A stretch of 57,752 nt of DNA from Candidatus Eiseniibacteriota bacterium (lineage in GTDB: Bacteria > Eisenbacteria > RBG-16-71-46), in NCBI GenBank assembly GCA_044223005.1, contig JBGAML010000024.1, positions 1-57,752 on the forward strand, read 5' to 3'. The position numbers were made by a program, and so were the translations under genes. Under the pieces are notes generated by a model, which was not told the origin of the DNA, ran no database searches, and saw only the letters and a list, made by a program, of their open reading frames with translations. Below are positions 38,395 through 47,778 of the stretch, one piece after another (the stretch's first letter is position 1; every line of letters begins with the position of its first letter).

Positions 38395-39517
38395 GCGCGC
38401 CTCCCGCCGCCCGGCCGCGGCGCGCCAGCGCCTCGCGGTAGAGCGTCTCCGTGTTGGCCACCATGGCCTCCGCCGTGAAGCGCTCGCGCCAGCGCGCGTG
38501 CCCGGCCGCGCCGAACGCCGCCAGGCGCGCGGGATCCCCGAGCAGCCCCGCGAACGCGGCCGCCATGCGGTCCACGTCGCCCACGGGCACGATCGCGCCG
38601 GTCACGCCGTCGGCCACCGCCTCGCGGTTGCCGCCGACGTCGGTCGCGAGCGCGGCGCGGCGCGCGCGCATCGCCTCGAGCAGCGTCACCGAGAGTCCCT
38701 CGCGCGAACTCGAGAGCACGAACAGGTCGCACGCCTCCATGAGGTCGGGCACGTCGGTGCGCGCGCCCAGGAAGCGCACGCTGTCGCCCAGGCCGAGTTC
38801 GGCGTGCAGGGCCTTGAGGGGCGCCTCGAGCCGCCCCTCGCCCGCGATCAGCAGCACCGCGCCCGGCATGCGTGCGCGGGCCGCGGCGAACGCGCGGAGC
38901 AGCACGTCCTGCGACTTCTGCGGGGTCAGGCTGCCCACCGTGAGCGCCACGGTGGCGTCCGGCGCGAGGCCGAGCGCGGCGCGCCCCTCGGCACGCGGGC
39001 GCGGCGCCGCGGCGACCGCGGAGATGCCGTTCAGCACGGTGACGAACTTCGCATCCGCCCAGCGGTAGCGCGAGGCGTGGCTCGTGCGCGAGGCCTCGCA
39101 GACGCAGATCACCCGGTCGGCGAGCGCCGTGATCGCCGCCTCGATCGGGCCGTAGAACCGGAATCCGCGTCCCGGGTAGTGGATGCTGTGCTCGGTGCGG
39201 ATCACCACGGGCACGCCGGCCATGCGGGCCGCGAAGGTCGCGTACATCGCGCCGGTGGGATTGTGGCCGTTCACGACGGCGATGCGCCTGGACTTCATCA
39301 GCTTCGCGAGGTTCGCCAGGCCCGCGGCGCGCGCGCCGCCCTTGCCCAGCAGCACCGTGTCGGCGCCCGCCGCCGCGGCCGCCTCGAGCGAGGGGCCGCC
39401 GCGGTTGAGCGCGACGACCGTGCTCGTGACGTCGGCGGCCGCGAGCCGGACGTGCTCGACCACGAGCGATTCCGCGCCTCCCTGGTGCATCGCCTCGACG
39501 ACGTGCATCACCCTCAC
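38381..39517 (-). CDS. GT4 glycosyltransferase
   Basis: VMHVV...GGAE, QKSQDVLLRA, FLGARTDV, FVLSSSREGLSVTLLEAM, TDVGGNRE. Confidence 0.92.
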   Translation of the reverse strand: MRVMHVVEAMHQGGAESLVVEHVRLAAADVTSTVVALNRGGPSLEAAAAAGADTVLLGKGGARAAGLANLAKLMKSRRIAVVNGHNPTGAMYATFAARMAGVPVVIRTEHSIHYPGRGFRFYGPIEAAITALADRVICVCEASRTSHASRYRWADAKFVTVLNGISAVAAAPRPRAEGRAALGLAPDATVALTVGSLTPQKSQDVLLRAFAAARARMPGAVLLIAGEGRLEAPLKALHAELGLGDSVRFLGARTDVPDLMEACDLFVLSSSREGLSVTLLEAMRARRAALATDVGGNREAVADGVTGAIVPVGDVDRMAAAFAGLLGDPARLAAFGAAGHARWRERFTAEAMVANTETLYREALARRGRAAGGAHAAA

Positions 39518-40737
39518 GCCACGTCCTCCGCGTGCACGGGCGCGCCGCCGAAGAGCGCCAGCAGGCGCTCGAAGTTGCGGTCCGCGTCGAACGCCGACGA
39601 CACCCGCGTCCGCGCGGTGGCGCTCATGCGCTCGATCTCGGCGGGCTGGCGCAGCAGCGGTTCGATCGCATCCGCGAGGCTCGCGGGATCGTTGGGCTCG
39701 GCGAGCGCGCCGGTCACGCCCGGCTCGACGGCCTCGTCGATCCCGGTCGCCCGCGTGCCCACGACGGGAACGCCGGCGGCCATCGCCTCGATCACGACGT
39801 TCGGGATCCCGTCGCGGCGGCCGTTCGCCATCACCTTGCTCGGCGCGAGCAGCAGCCACGCCTGCGCGTAGAGCGGCGCGATGCCGCCGTGGTCGAGCGC
39901 CCCGCGGAAGTCCACCTGTGCTTCCACGCCGTGCTCGCGCGCGAGCGCCGCGAGCCGTTCGCGCTCGGGGCCGTCGCCGACCACGACCAGCTTCGGCGTG
40001 AGCCCGCGCGTGCGCAGCGCGCCGAGCGCGCACACCGCGTCGTCGAAGCCCTTGGCGGGCGCGAGCCGGCCCACGACGAGCAGCGTCGGCTCGGAGGCGC
40101 GCGTGCGGGCGATCGCGCCGAAACGCGAGAGGTCGGTGCCGTGGTAGAGCCACTCGACGTGCCCGCCCGGCGCCAGCCGGCGCAGCATCGCGGCGTTGCC
40201 TCGGACGCACGCCGTCACGAAATCCGCGGCGAGCACCTTCTGGGCGAGGAACGCCTGCGTGCGGTAGAGGTCGGCGCCCGCATGCGCGGCCATGCTGAAG
40301 CGTTTGCCCGTGAGCCGCGCGGCGAGGTACGCGACCGTGGCCGGGAAGTGCGCCCACGCGCCGTGAATGCGCTCGAGGTCCTCGCGCTCGGCGATCGACG
40401 CCACGCGCGCCGCGGCCGGCAGGTAGCCCACGTGCCCCGCGAGGGCGTACACGCTGCCGCGCGACGCCCAGAGGATGCGGATCACCTCGGGGACCAGCAC
40501 GTGCGGCCGGCGCACGAGCCACCCCAGCAGCGCGAGCCAGCCCGAGAGCGCGAACGGCGAGCCCACCGGGCGCGTGAGGTCGAGCAGCGGGGCGTGCTCG
40601 GGCTGGTACTCCGTGGACACGCCCCGCAGCGTGACGACGCGCACGCGCACGCCGCGCGCGTGCAGGCGGCGCACTTCGTTCTCGATGAACGCCGCGAGCG
40701 TCGGGAACGTCGTCGTCACGTAGAGCACCGACTTCAT
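39514..40737 (-). CDS. GT4 glycosyltransferase (WcaL-like)
   Basis: LYVTTTFP...FIENEV, HGAWAHFPATVA, AHAGADLY, VGRLAPAKG, RDGIPNVVIEAMAAGVPVV. Confidence 0.92.
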   Translation of the reverse strand: MKSVLYVTTTFPTLAAFIENEVRRLHARGVRVRVVTLRGVSTEYQPEHAPLLDLTRPVGSPFALSGWLALLGWLVRRPHVLVPEVIRILWASRGSVYALAGHVGYLPAAARVASIAEREDLERIHGAWAHFPATVAYLAARLTGKRFSMAAHAGADLYRTQAFLAQKVLAADFVTACVRGNAAMLRRLAPGGHVEWLYHGTDLSRFGAIARTRASEPTLLVVGRLAPAKGFDDAVCALGALRTRGLTPKLVVVGDGPERERLAALAREHGVEAQVDFRGALDHGGIAPLYAQAWLLLAPSKVMANGRRDGIPNVVIEAMAAGVPVVGTRATGIDEAVEPGVTGALAEPNDPASLADAIEPLLRQPAEIERMSATARTRVSSAFDADRNFERLLALFGGAPVHAEDVA

Positions 40738-41933
40738 GCGGCCTCCGTCGCACCGGGAACGTCCGCGGCATCCGCGCCCGCCGGCAGGCCGAGCGCCCGC
40801 CGGTAGAAGGCCTCGTGACGCCGCACCATCGCGTCGATGCTGCGCTCGGTGATCATCGCCGCGCGGGCCGCGTCACCCCGCCGCTTCGCCTCGTCCGCGT
40901 GCCCGAGCGCCTCTTCGAGCGCCGCGGCCAGTGCGGGCGGATCCTGCGGCGGCACGAGCCAGCCCGTGCGGCCGTCCTCGAGCACCTCGGCGTTGCCGCC
41001 GACGCGCGTCACCACGCACGGGCGTGCGGCCGCCATCGCCTCGAGCAGCGCGTTGGGAATCCCCTCTTCGCGCGAGGAGAGCGTGAACAGGTCGAACGCG
41101 GGCAGCAGCCGGTCCACGTCGGAACGCTCGCCGAGGAACGCGACGCGGTCGGCGAGGCCGAGTTCCGCCGCGCGCGCCTCGAGCATCGCACGATCGGGGC
41201 CGTCGCCGGCGATCGCGCAGCGGAACTCGCGCCCGTGCTCGCGCAGGCGCGCCAGCGCGGCGAGCAGTGTGCCGAAGTCCTTGCGCGGCGCCAGGCAGCC
41301 GACGGCGCCGACCAGTGGCACGCCCGCGGGACGCGCCGGCAGGCCGAGCCCGTCCCCGCTCGCGCCGCGGCCGTCGAAGCGGGCCACGTCCACGCCGTTC
41401 TCGATCACGGTGATCCGTTCGCGCGGCACGCCCAGTGCCACGGAACTGCCCGCGACCTCCTCGCTCACCGCCGTGACGTGCGTCGCGAGCCGATGCGCGA
41501 GCCGCTGCACGGCGATCTGGCGTGCCGTCTCGAACGCGTCGACGTTGCGCTTGGCCACGCACACGACCGGCACGCCGCAGAGCCGCCCCGCGAGCGCGGC
41601 GAACAGGTTCGCGCCGAACAGGTAGCCGTGGATCACGTCCGGGCGGAAGTCCATGACGAGCGACACCAGCCGCGCGAGCCCCATCACGCCGCTCGTGTCG
41701 TAGAGCCGCCGCCCCACGCGCAGCTCGGTGATCGGCAGCCCGAGCGCCTCCACCTGGGGCGTGAACGCGCCCTCCTTCTTGAGCACGGCGATGCGCACGT
41801 CGAAGCGCGTGCGGTCGAGCCGCCGCCACATCTCGAGCAGGTGCCGCTCGGCGCCGCCCGTGACGAAGTTGCCGGCGACGAAGAGCAGGCGGATCCGGCG
41901 GCCGGGCAGGCCGCGCGTCGCGGGCGCGTTCAC
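40734..41933 (-). CDS. GT4 glycosyltransferase
   Basis: GGAERHL, IENGVD, FLGERSDV, LSSREEGIPNALLEAMAA, TRVGGNAE. Confidence 0.92.
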   Translation of the reverse strand: MNAPATRGLPGRRIRLLFVAGNFVTGGAERHLLEMWRRLDRTRFDVRIAVLKKEGAFTPQVEALGLPITELRVGRRLYDTSGVMGLARLVSLVMDFRPDVIHGYLFGANLFAALAGRLCGVPVVCVAKRNVDAFETARQIAVQRLAHRLATHVTAVSEEVAGSSVALGVPRERITVIENGVDVARFDGRGASGDGLGLPARPAGVPLVGAVGCLAPRKDFGTLLAALARLREHGREFRCAIAGDGPDRAMLEARAAELGLADRVAFLGERSDVDRLLPAFDLFTLSSREEGIPNALLEAMAAARPCVVTRVGGNAEVLEDGRTGWLVPPQDPPALAAALEEALGHADEAKRRGDAARAAMITERSIDAMVRRHEAFYRRALGLPAGADAADVPGATEAA

Positions 41934-42949
41934 GACGCCACCTCGACTCGGTGGCCGCGCAGGCGATCGAACGCCCCCGCGAGTTCCGCGAGCGTCATGC
42001 TCGCCGAGAAGCTCCCCGTCGGGCCCGTGCACGCGCCCTGCGGCAGCGGCCGGCGCGGCAGCCGGAAGCGCGGTGCGCCCGGCTGCACGATGCCCGTCTC
42101 GGTGACCACGGCGTAGCGCAGGCCCGACGCCTCGGCCGCGCGCACGGTGACGTCGTCGTGATCGCCGTTCGGATACGCCAGTCCCACGACCTCGGCGCCG
42201 GTGCGCGCCTCGGCGAGCGCCGCCGAGTCGGCGATCTCGCGCCGCTGGACGTCCTCGGGGCAGAGGCTCAGGAATGGATGCGTCATCGTGTGCGCGCCGA
42301 TCTCCATGCCCGCCTGCGCGAGCCGCTTCGCGAACGGCCACTCGGCCAGCTCGCACGGCGCCGAGGCGGTGACGCCCGTGGCCGCGCGCAGCGCATCGAG
42401 CCGCACGCGCTGTTCCGCCGGCGGGACGCGCAGCAGCGGCAGCAGCGCGCGCAGCGCGGCGCGGCGGCCGGCGAAGTCGCCGAGCGCGAGCACCAGCGGT
42501 GTGCCGCCGATCGTCACGTTCGCCGCCGGCGCCGCCGCGTGTTCGAGCACGAACGCCAGCTCGTCCCACCACGGCGCCCGGCGCTCCTCCATGAGGCCCG
42601 CGGCGAGGTAGAACGTCGCGCGCGCCCCCCAGCGCTGCAGCAGGGGCAGCGCGCGGGCGACGTTGTCGGCGTAGCCGTCGTCGAAGCTGAACGCCACGGC
42701 GTGCCCGGCATCGCCGCGCGCGAGGCGCTCGAGGCCGTCGGCGACGGTGACCGGCACGAGCCCGGCGCGCGCGCAGGCCTCGAGCTGCCCGGCCAGCACG
42801 GACTCGGTCACCCCGAGCGCGTACAGCGGCGTCTCGCCCTCGGCGTAGACGCGATGATGGCGCACGATCGTGAGCCGGGGCGCGCCGGCGCGCGCGTCGC
42901 CGGGGCGCGCCCCGAAGCTCATGAGCCAGCGCACGAGCCGCCCGGTCAC
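41930..42949 (-). CDS. Polysaccharide deacetylase (CE4/NodB-like)
   Basis: FSFDDGYADN, ATFYL, MEIGAHTMTHP, LAYPNG. Confidence 0.9.
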   Translation of the reverse strand: MTGRLVRWLMSFGARPGDARAGAPRLTIVRHHRVYAEGETPLYALGVTESVLAGQLEACARAGLVPVTVADGLERLARGDAGHAVAFSFDDGYADNVARALPLLQRWGARATFYLAAGLMEERRAPWWDELAFVLEHAAAPAANVTIGGTPLVLALGDFAGRRAALRALLPLLRVPPAEQRVRLDALRAATGVTASAPCELAEWPFAKRLAQAGMEIGAHTMTHPFLSLCPEDVQRREIADSAALAEARTGAEVVGLAYPNGDHDDVTVRAAEASGLRYAVVTETGIVQPGAPRFRLPRRPLPQGACTGPTGSFSASMTLAELAGAFDRLRGHRVEVAS

Positions 42950-44400
42950 GCGACGCTCCGCCGCCGCTCGGCGATCATGTCCTCGGCCAGCGCGCAGAGC
43001 ACCCAGTAGCTGCTCGCGATGACCACGTTGAAGAAGCGGTCGCCGAACGCACAGGTGACCAGCATCGAGATCGTGGCCCCGGAGAGCCCGATCGCGATAC
43101 CACGATCCAGGCGTGTCTTCGCGCACCTCAGCCCCTGTTCGGCCAGCCACAGGCAGCGCCCCATGAGGTAGAGGAACAGCCCGATCCCCGCGATGCCCAT
43201 CTCCGCCACCATGCGCAGGTAGGTGTTGTGCGCGGAGTCGACGGCTTCCTCGAGCCCGAGCTCCTTGCCCACGTCGGGCAGGACTTCGCTCAGGCCGGCG
43301 AAGCCGACGCCGTCCAGCGGGTGGTCCTTCACGATCTGGATCAGCGTCTGCCACGTCTGCACGCGCGCTTCCGCGGCGCGGTCGAGCTTGACCTCGTCGC
43401 TGCCCTCGACCTCCTTCTGCGTGCCCTTGATGCGCTCGACCAGGTAGTCGGGCGCCCAGAGCGGCGAGGTGGCGAGCACGATCAGCAGGATGCCGAACAA
43501 CCAGCGCGACGAACGCCACGCCACGTAGAGCAGGCCGACGGCGAACGACAGCATCGCGCCGCGCGAGACCGAGTACATGATGCCGGTGGCGCCGGCGACG
43601 AACGTCGCGAGCAGCAGGATCCGCCCGAACCAGTGCTTCGTGCCGGCCATCATCGCGAACGCGACGATCGAGTACATCGCGAGGAACGCGCCGAGTTCGT
43701 TGGCCTGGCCGATCGACCCGATCGCGCGCCCGGAACTGCCGTTGCGCCCGTAGAGCAGCGTGACCACCGCTTCCGCCATGAGGCCGACCACCACCGCCCA
43801 CGCGACGCGCGCGCGCTCCTTCGGCCCGTTCACCATCGCGTAGACGATGAAGTAGGTGGCGAACGTGGTCGCGGAGCGGAACAGGATCAGGGCCGAGATG
43901 CCACCCTGGTAGCGGTACCCGGTCGGGAACGCGGCGCCGCGGACGATCGAGACGGCACAGACGAGGATCAGCAGCCCGATCGGCAGCCCGAGGTGGCCGC
44001 GGCGGAAGAGCGGCTGGTGCGCCATGACGCGCCCCAGCGCGAACGTGCCGAAGATCGCGAACAGGAGCACGTTGAGCGCGTTGAGGCCCGGCACGGGCGC
44101 CGGCGGCACCCACGGCAGGAACGGCGTCGCGACCGGCAGGAGCAGCAGGCCGAACTTGGGCTGCGCCATGATCGCGAGCACGGCGAGCAGGCCCAGCGCA
44201 ACCTTGATGATGCGGTGCGGGTCCTGGTCGAACGTGTAGTCGAAGAGGATGAACGCGACCATGAACAGCACGGCCACGCCCACGCCGACGAGCGCCGGCC
44301 CGAGGCCGGCACCCCGCCAGGCATCGGCGGTCCGCCGTGCGGCGCCGCGCACCTCGGCCGCCGCGTCGCGCCGCGGAAGTCGTCCGGGCACGTCGCTCAC
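42946..44400 (-). CDS. O-antigen ligase / Wzy-like polymerase family membrane protein
   Basis: About 12 TM; GSIGQANELG, SVSRGAML, R.QTW...HPLDGVG, AHNTYLRMVAEMGIAG. Confidence 0.88.
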   Translation of the reverse strand: MSDVPGRLPRRDAAAEVRGAARRTADAWRGAGLGPALVGVGVAVLFMVAFILFDYTFDQDPHRIIKVALGLLAVLAIMAQPKFGLLLLPVATPFLPWVPPAPVPGLNALNVLLFAIFGTFALGRVMAHQPLFRRGHLGLPIGLLILVCAVSIVRGAAFPTGYRYQGGISALILFRSATTFATYFIVYAMVNGPKERARVAWAVVVGLMAEAVVTLLYGRNGSSGRAIGSIGQANELGAFLAMYSIVAFAMMAGTKHWFGRILLLATFVAGATGIMYSVSRGAMLSFAVGLLYVAWRSSRWLFGILLIVLATSPLWAPDYLVERIKGTQKEVEGSDEVKLDRAAEARVQTWQTLIQIVKDHPLDGVGFAGLSEVLPDVGKELGLEEAVDSAHNTYLRMVAEMGIAGIGLFLYLMGRCLWLAEQGLRCAKTRLDRGIAIGLSGATISMLVTCAFGDRFFNVVIASSYWVLCALAEDMIAERRRSVA

Positions 44401-44434
44401 GAGTGTCCCCCTTCCGCCGGGGATGCCGCGGGAC

Positions 44435-46690
44435 TCACCCCTCGGCGACCTCGGTCGTGTAGCCGTAGTACTGCGACTTGTAGCCGTAGTACTGCGGCAG
44501 GAACTCGCCCGAATCGTTGAGCAGGACTCCGAGCAGGTTGTCGCGGGCGCCGCGCTGGACCTTCACGCCGTACTCGGCCGCCTTGCGGACGGTCGCGCCG
44601 GCCTTGACCACGTAGAGCACGCCCTCGACCGCGCGGCCGAGGATGAGCGGATCGGGCACGGCCAGCGTCGGCGCCGTGTCCAGCACGATCAGTTCGTAGC
44701 GCTGCATCGCCTCGCGCAGGAACCACTCGGCGTTGTCCTGCTCGACGAGCTCGGCCGCCGGACGGTCGCTCTTGCCCGCGGCGAGGAAGTCGAGGTTCGG
44801 CAGCGCCGTCTGGCGCACGAAGCGCTCGTCGAACTGGCGCTGCGCGAGCATCTGCGCCAGGCCCCAGCTGCTGCCGGGCATGCCGAGCGCGCGGTGCAGC
44901 GCGGGGCTGCGAAGATCGAAGTCCACGAGCAGCGTCCGCTGCCGGTGTTCGCGCGCGAGCGTGATGCCGAGGCAGGCCGACGTCGTCGTCTTGCCCTCGC
45001 CGCGCGTCGAACTGGTGACGAGCATCGTCCGCGGCAGCGTGCGGCCGCGCGTGCGCGCCAGGTTGAGGTAGATGCGCTTGAACTCGAGCCCGAGCGGGCT
45101 CTCCACCTTGAGCCGCTGCACGAGCCCGAGATCCTTGGGCGCGGGCAGCGCGCCGGGCGCGGCGGCCGCGGCGGGCGCGGCCGAGCGCCGGCGGCGTGCG
45201 CGCTGCAGTTCCTCGACGCGCGGCACGGCGCCGAGCACCGGCAGGCCCAGCAGGCCCTCGACTTCCTCGGCGTTCTTCACCGACTGGTCGCTGTGCTCGA
45301 CCACGAGCACGGTGCCCGTGCCGACGATCGCGCCGATCACCAGCGCGAGCATCACGAGCAGCGGGCGGTTGGGCTTGCCCGGCGAGAGCGGCCGCGTCGC
45401 GGGCTCCATGATGACGAACCGGCCGCTCACCTTGGCGTTCTGGAACGCCTCGGCGATCTGCGCCGCCGCCGACTGCTGCTGGAACGCCGTGTAGAGCGCG
45501 CGCTGCTGGTCGACCTCGGCCTGCAGGCGCGAGATGTCCATCTCGCGGTTGGGCGCGGTGACGACCTCGCGCTGGTAGGCGCTCACCTGCTGCGTGATCC
45601 ACGACCGCCACGCGTCGCGCGCCTGCAGGTCGGCCTGCGCGACGCGGTAGCGCACGAGCAGGTCGCGCGCGTCGGGCGACGCGCCGGGCAGCGCCCGCGC
45701 GGCCGCGTCGGCGAGCGCGCCTTCGAGCTCGGCGCTCTTGCGCGCGATCGCCACGCGCACTCCCGAGCCCGCGGCCGGATTGCCGGTCGCGTCCGAAAGC
45801 TGCGCGCGGCCGAGCTGCCCCTGCAGCGACGAGAGCTGCGCCGCCAGCGACGAGATCTCGGGGCTCGACACCGCGAGCGGATCGTTGTCGCGGAGCTTGC
45901 CCGGGAACTGGCTGCGCAGGTCGGCCACGCGCTGGCGCTGCTCGTCGACGTCGACGGCGGCCTGCTCGGCGAGCGAGTTGGCGAGCGCGAGGTTGGTCGC
46001 GTTCACGGTCGAGCCCGTGAACGTGCTCGACAGCGCCGCCTGGCGTGCGGCCTCGAGCCGCGACTCCGCCTCCTGCAGGGCGCGCTTGTACACCTGCAGC
46101 TGTTCGATGCTGAACTCCTGCTGCGACTGCAGGGCCTCGAGCTGCTTGGCCTTCGACGACGCGACGAACTGGTTCGCGATCGCCTCGCAGAACTTGCGGG
46201 CGCGGTCGGGATTGAAGTCGGCCACGTCGACCTGCAGCAGCTTGCCCTTGCTCCGCTTCACCGCCACGGCGTCGCGCAGGTAGTCGATCAGGAACGCCTC
46301 GACCTGCTCGTCCTGCCCGAGCCCTGGGTACTTGGACGCCGATTTGAGCGCCCACGCCCGCGTCGCGCGGTCCTCCTTCACGCCGGTCGCCGCGATCACG
46401 CTGCGCAGGAACAGGCTGCTCTGCACCTGCTCGCGCATGATGTCCGCCTGCTGTTCCAGCTCCAGCCCACCCCCGCCCATCGCGCCGAGTGGCCCCTGCA
46501 TGTTCTGCCCGCGATCGAGCATCAGCACCGTGCTGCTGAAGTACACGGGCTTGAGCAGGAGCGCGGCCGCGATACCGATGGCCAGCGACGTCACCCACGG
46601 CAGCACGAGCAGCCACTTCCGCCGCCAGAGGACGCGCAGGAACTCGCCGGGATCGAAGGGGGGGGACGACTGGGAGGGAATCTCGCTCAT
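44435..46690 (-). CDS. wzc: Wzc-like polysaccharide co-polymerase / BY-kinase
   Basis: LWRRKWLL TM1, coiled coil, P.SPGKPNR TM2, LGLPVLGAVP, Walker A SSTRGEGKTT, DFDLRSP, VLDTAP, Tyr cluster QYYGYKSQYYGY. Confidence 0.93.
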   Translation of the reverse strand: MSEIPSQSSPPFDPGEFLRVLWRRKWLLVLPWVTSLAIGIAAALLLKPVYFSSTVLMLDRGQNMQGPLGAMGGGGLELEQQADIMREQVQSSLFLRSVIAATGVKEDRATRAWALKSASKYPGLGQDEQVEAFLIDYLRDAVAVKRSKGKLLQVDVADFNPDRARKFCEAIANQFVASSKAKQLEALQSQQEFSIEQLQVYKRALQEAESRLEAARQAALSSTFTGSTVNATNLALANSLAEQAAVDVDEQRQRVADLRSQFPGKLRDNDPLAVSSPEISSLAAQLSSLQGQLGRAQLSDATGNPAAGSGVRVAIARKSAELEGALADAAARALPGASPDARDLLVRYRVAQADLQARDAWRSWITQQVSAYQREVVTAPNREMDISRLQAEVDQQRALYTAFQQQSAAAQIAEAFQNAKVSGRFVIMEPATRPLSPGKPNRPLLVMLALVIGAIVGTGTVLVVEHSDQSVKNAEEVEGLLGLPVLGAVPRVEELQRARRRRSAAPAAAAAPGALPAPKDLGLVQRLKVESPLGLEFKRIYLNLARTRGRTLPRTMLVTSSTRGEGKTTTSACLGITLAREHRQRTLLVDFDLRSPALHRALGMPGSSWGLAQMLAQRQFDERFVRQTALPNLDFLAAGKSDRPAAELVEQDNAEWFLREAMQRYELIVLDTAPTLAVPDPLILGRAVEGVLYVVKAGATVRKAAEYGVKVQRGARDNLLGVLLNDSGEFLPQYYGYKSQYYGYTTEVAEG

Positions 46691-46705
46691 CGGTCCTCTA
46701 GGGGG

Positions 46706-47662
46706 TCACTTGTTGTTGTTGCGGTTCTGGAAGTAGTCGAGCAGGACCACGATGTTGACCGCGTTCTGCGTCAGGCCCAGCACGTTCGTCAGGCCGTTCC
46801 ACGCGGTGAGCCCTCGGCGCATCACGACGACCACGTCGCCGGACTTGACCGTCGCGGGCGCACGGCTGCCGTGATCGAGCGCATCGCGCAGGTTGAGCGT
46901 GGCCACCGTCTGGCCGCCCTCGCTGCGCGAGAGCACGCGCACGTCCTTGAGGTTGCCGTTGGCCGTGACGCCGCCCGCGGCCGCGAGCACGGCCCAGATG
47001 TCCTGGCCGGCGCCGACCGAGTACATCCCGGGCTTGGCGACCTCGCCGAGCACTCCCACGCCCTCGGAGGTCGCGGCGCCACCGCCCTGCGCCGCGGCGC
47101 CGGGCACGACGACGGTGTCCCCCGGCTTGAGCGCCGGCAGCCCGCTCGCGTCGCCGCTGCGGAGCGCCGCCGCCAGGTCGGCGGTCAGCGTGCGGCGCGC
47201 GTCGCCCTCGCGACGCAGCACCTGCACCGACGAGAGGTCCGCGAGCGGCAGCGCGCCGCCCGCCTGGCCGAGCACGTCGAGGATCGTCGGGATGCGTTCG
47301 AAGCCGTAGCGTCCCGGCTTGGCCACCGCACCGCTCACGTACACGCTGTGACTCAGGAACTGCGTGACCGTGACGGTCGCCGTCGTGGTCTGGCGCAGGT
47401 ACGCCGAGAGCTTCTCGCCGAGCCGGTCGCCCAGCTGGCGCGCCGTGAGCCCGGCGGCCTTCACGTCGCCGACCGGCGGCACGGTGATGTTGCCGTCGGC
47501 GCTGACCGTGTAGACCTTCTCCAGTTCCGGATGCATCCAGACGGAGACCGAAACCACGTCCTCGGGCCCGAGCACGTAGTCCTCGGCGCGCGCCGGACCG
47601 GGTCCGAGCAGCAGCGCGGCAGCGGCCGCGAGCGGCATCAGTCGCTTCCATACGGTGTTCAT
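46706..47662 (-). CDS. wza: Polysaccharide export protein (Wza/OPX family) with SLBB domains
   Basis: YVLGPEDVVSVSVW...VSADGNITVPPVGDVKAAGLT; VYVSGAVAKPGRY; VLGEVAKPGMY. RBS CAGGAG. Signal peptide without a lipobox Cys. Confidence 0.9.
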   Translation of the reverse strand: MNTVWKRLMPLAAAAALLLGPGPARAEDYVLGPEDVVSVSVWMHPELEKVYTVSADGNITVPPVGDVKAAGLTARQLGDRLGEKLSAYLRQTTTATVTVTQFLSHSVYVSGAVAKPGRYGFERIPTILDVLGQAGGALPLADLSSVQVLRREGDARRTLTADLAAALRSGDASGLPALKPGDTVVVPGAAAQGGGAATSEGVGVLGEVAKPGMYSVGAGQDIWAVLAAAGGVTANGNLKDVRVLSRSEGGQTVATLNLRDALDHGSRAPATVKSGDVVVVMRRGLTAWNGLTNVLGLTQNAVNIVVLLDYFQNRNNNK

Positions 47663-47778
47663 CGTGATTCTCCTGGACGAGGATCCCTCCTGCCCGTGAT
47701 CCGTGGTTCCCACGGAACCCCGGACCGGGATTCTACTGCACGCTTCCCCCGCGGGCGCGTCGTCGCGTCGGGCCCGGT

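Noticed and set aside
47730..47760. Internal sigma54 promoter upstream of wza
   Set aside because: TGCA is present but the GG-N10-GC spacing is not met.
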